Assembly: GCA_046045965.1 (NCBI GenBank)
Contig: JBJOKS010000036.1
Location: forward strand, 1-41,790
Source of the DNA: Cyanobacteriota bacterium
GTDB lineage: Bacteria; Cyanobacteriota; Cyanobacteriia; Cyanobacteriales; Nostocaceae
Length of the DNA stretch: 41,790 nt
Reading direction: 5' to 3'
Shown here piece after piece: positions 39,186 through 41,790 of this stretch. A program made the position numbers and the translations under genes. Position 1 is the stretch's first letter. Every line of letters begins with the position of its first letter. The notes under the pieces were generated by a model. It saw only the letters and a list, made by a program, of their open reading frames with translations. It was not told the DNA's origin and did no database searches.

Positions 39186-39413
39186 ATGATACAGCCAGTC
39201 ATTTTAGAAAAATTAGAAGAACTTCCTGAGTCTCTGCAAACAGAGGTACTTCATTACATTGAATTTTTAATAGATAAACACGCTAAAAACTCTACTCAAG
39301 TAGAACCGACAAATAAACGTCGTGTTGCCGGAACAATGAAAGGAATGTTTGTTCTACCACTGCCCGATGATTTTGATGAGCCACTGGAAGATATGAAGGA
39401 ATATATGGAATGA
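39186..39413 (+). CDS. DUF2281-type antitoxin
   Basis: LPESLQTEVLHYIEFL and R.AG..KG...PDDFDEPLED; overlaps the toxin start (ATGA). Confidence 0.82.
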   Translation: MIQPVILEKLEELPESLQTEVLHYIEFLIDKHAKNSTQVEPTNKRRVAGTMKGMFVLPLPDDFDEPLEDMKEYME

Positions 39414-39796
39414 ATAGATTATTATTAGATACTCATGCTTTTATCTGGTTTGTCTCAAATGATGTAACCTTACCAGTATCAACTAAAGAGCAAATTGAAT
39501 CTGCTGAAGCTGTTTTTTTGAGTATTGCCAGTCTTTGGGAAATAGCAATTAAACTCAACATTGGAAAACTAAGCCTAAAGGGTACTTTTGAAGAGATTGA
39601 ACCTCAACTGATTGCGGCGGATATTAAGATTCTCCCTGTTACATTTACTGATACTGTTCAATTCCGTTATTTACCCCTCCATCATCGTGATCCTTTTGAC
39701 CGGATTCTGGTGGCACAGGCTATAAATCATTCTCTGGTTTTAGTTAGTCGTGATGTGGCTTTTGATGCCTATTCTATTCAGCGTTTGTGGTTGTAA
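39410..39796 (+). CDS. vapC: PIN-domain (VapC-type) toxin
   Basis: LLLDTHAFIW, SIASLWEIAIK, HHRDPFDRILVAQA and VSRD. Confidence 0.92.
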   Translation: MNRLLLDTHAFIWFVSNDVTLPVSTKEQIESAEAVFLSIASLWEIAIKLNIGKLSLKGTFEEIEPQLIAADIKILPVTFTDTVQFRYLPLHHRDPFDRILVAQAINHSLVLVSRDVAFDAYSIQRLWL

Positions 39797-39916
39797 ATAA
39801 AACAACAACTCCCATTTTTTTGTGATGTAGCTGGTTGTTTAAGTAAATGTAATGTAGTAGACAGTGGTATTGATTATAATTTATACTATGGGTAAGTACA
39901 GCATTGAAATATAATT

Positions 39917-40948
39917 ATGACACTTGAGGAAAGGTTTACAGAATTTATACGCAGTCTACAAAGCGCAGAGATTTTTGATGAGCTACAGCTTAACCTATCA
40001 CAGACGATGGCTAAAAAGCCTGATTTCTTTTTTTCTGAAAGACAATTTATTGGTGAAATGAAGTCTATCAAAACAGATATGAAGCCTAAAGGTGAAACAA
40101 TTTTAAAAAAGCATGAAGATAGACCTGATTTCCCAATCTTCTTCAGAGAATGGGAAGTTGGTAAAATATTAAAGTATTTGCCTGATGGAGAGCAGATTAA
40201 TCGGCAGATATTTTATTCTATAACCTCTGCAATTGAAGAGAGTTTCGAGAAAGCTAATCGGCAAATTAGAGAAACGAAAAAGATTTTTAATCTTAATGAT
40301 TCTGAAGGAATTTTAATTATTCTTAATGATTTGGTAGAGATTCTGTCACCTGATATTATAGCCTACAGAGTTCATCAATTAGTTAATAAAAAATCTCAAT
40401 CAGGAGATATTAGATATCCTCATATTTCAGTCGTTTGGATTATTAGTGAAATTCATGTATTGAAAACTGGTACAGGTCAAGAACTTCTACCAAGTATCGT
40501 CATTATTAATGATAATGTGTCTTGGGAAGCGGCAAATGATTATGTTAATTGGCTTCAACGAAAATGGGCTGCGTATAATAAAATTCCCTTTATTGAAGGT
40601 AAGTTTGATATACAAAATAAATTTTCAAAACGAAAAAAGCTAAATCCTCCTGAAAAAATTTCACGGAGTGAACTGTGGAAAAAACAATATATAGAAAACC
40701 AGAATTTGAGACATTTAAGCAAGGAAGAATTGCTAGATTATGGTCATCATTTGTGGTATGAAATATTTCCAGCTTTTATAAAAGGAACACATGAAAAACC
40801 ACCACAAGAAAAAGTTTTCTCTCTAATGGAGTTATCAACACATTTTATAGAAGAAATCAACCATCGAGGAATTGATTTTAGAGAATTATCGCCTTACATT
40901 CATACAGCTTTTGAAAGATTACAGCAAGAAGGAAAGCTTAAAGTATAG
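39917..40948 (+). CDS. Hypothetical protein with a possible PD-(D/E)xK nuclease motif
   Basis: 343-aa open frame; KKPDFFF..RQFIGEMK near the N-terminus. Function is inferred only. Confidence 0.55.
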   Translation: MTLEERFTEFIRSLQSAEIFDELQLNLSQTMAKKPDFFFSERQFIGEMKSIKTDMKPKGETILKKHEDRPDFPIFFREWEVGKILKYLPDGEQINRQIFYSITSAIEESFEKANRQIRETKKIFNLNDSEGILIILNDLVEILSPDIIAYRVHQLVNKKSQSGDIRYPHISVVWIISEIHVLKTGTGQELLPSIVIINDNVSWEAANDYVNWLQRKWAAYNKIPFIEGKFDIQNKFSKRKKLNPPEKISRSELWKKQYIENQNLRHLSKEELLDYGHHLWYEIFPAFIKGTHEKPPQEKVFSLMELSTHFIEEINHRGIDFRELSPYIHTAFERLQQEGKLKV

Positions 40949-41006
40949 AATTAAGTTGTCAGGGTAATTAATCCATTTCACCAAGATATAAGTTTTTACT
41001 AGCAGA

Positions 41007-41588
41007 ATGAATACCAAATCTCCTCTCAGTACAATCCTTACACTTGTTACGCTGGTCAACGCAATACTGTTTAGTGTCTTTGGAAATATTCACCCTGCTA
41101 CAGCACAACAGGAATTATGCCGAGATATTGGTGAAGTTTCTCCTGCTCACACTTTACGTACTTTAGAGCTTCCGCAATTTGGTATTAGTATTGATATTCC
41201 CGAAAACTATAGAGCATTAGCTCGTAATGATGGTTCTGTGCAAATTCTTGACCCTGGAAATTTTGAACTTATATCTTGTATTTCCAGAGGAGGAACAGCA
41301 CCTTTTGCGCGTGGGATGAGCAGCTTCACTATTCGCTTGGTCAATAATCCTAGAAATTTAACACTGCTCAATTTGGCTCAACAACAAGGTTTATACGATG
41401 GTAAAAACTATCGTTATAACTTGAGTGGAAAACAGGTACTTATTACCGAATCTGATTCAGGATATTCTGTTGCTGCATGGTTTACCCCACCAGGAATTAA
41501 TGGGGTAGTTATGATGGAGATGAGTTGTGATTGCGAATTGGGCAAAGATGATATTCTCATGGAGTTAGACAAAACTCGTCTGCGTTAA
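41007..41588 (+). CDS. Hypothetical exported protein
   Basis: Hydrophobic signal peptide ending in PATA-Q; four Cys in the mature part. Confidence 0.6.
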   Translation: MNTKSPLSTILTLVTLVNAILFSVFGNIHPATAQQELCRDIGEVSPAHTLRTLELPQFGISIDIPENYRALARNDGSVQILDPGNFELISCISRGGTAPFARGMSSFTIRLVNNPRNLTLLNLAQQQGLYDGKNYRYNLSGKQVLITESDSGYSVAAWFTPPGINGVVMMEMSCDCELGKDDILMELDKTRLR

Positions 41589-41716
41589 TTCTGAATGTTA
41601 AATTGTTTCCGCTTACCAACCAGTGCAGATAGACCTACAGTAAGACTTATGGCTAGTGCTGTATAGGCGATCGCTAATTTTTTAATTCATCAAAATCCTC
41701 TACTCACTCTAATATT

Positions 41717-41790
41717 ATGAATGTTTCTCTAGAAGTCCTGATCAACTCTGCAAAAGCTGGAAAATTAATCAGCTTCCCCACAGATACCGT
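41717..41790 (+). CDS. L-threonylcarbamoyladenylate synthase (TsaC/Sua5/YrdC), 5' end only
   Basis: MNVSLEVLINSAKAGKLISFPTDT; FPTDT is the family's N-terminal motif. Truncated by the window edge. Confidence 0.72.
   Translation, partial: MNVSLEVLINSAKAGKLISFPTDT

Overview
AT-rich chromosomal window from a heterocyst-forming cyanobacterium (Nostocales; Anabaena/Sphaerospermopsis/Dolichospermum-like). This assignment rests on at least 18 HIP1 octamers (GCGATCGC), many heptamer STRR arrays, a split-intein dnaE-N gene and a cox3-type oxidase operon. Left part: start of a Wsp-like chemosensory operon (cheW, cheR-TPR, partial MCP), an Slr1339-like gene with three tandem vWA paralogs, trxA, and an APC-permease/PAS/histidine-kinase fusion. 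Middle: tmk-holB-MAPEG, a DUF2231x2-coxB-coxA-coxC operon lacking CuA ligands, two tandem psb34/ssl1498-like genes (one missed by the ORF track), tRNA-Val(TAC), DUF2227-mazG, a CheB-CheR-PAS-HK-REC fusion, an aldehyde dehydrogenase and dnaE-N. Right part: an unannotated 59-aa ORF, a doubly degenerate Hpt+macrodomain fusion, dacB, a TerB-like gene, ilvB with a C-terminal zinc ribbon, an MFS transporter, an alpha/beta-hydrolase-like gene, a His-tailed ferrochelatase paralog, an accessory islet (Uma2, DUF2281-VapC toxin-antitoxin pair, putative PD-(D/E)xK protein, secreted protein) and the start of a tsaC/sua5 gene. Intergenic DNA holds MITE-like and REP-like elements, including one nested insertion. 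No CRISPR array, transposase or phage gene was seen. The best novelty candidates are the pseudo-Hpt/pseudo-macro fusion, the vWA triplet module, the small mobile repeats and the putative nuclease islet. All family calls come from motif recognition, not database searches.
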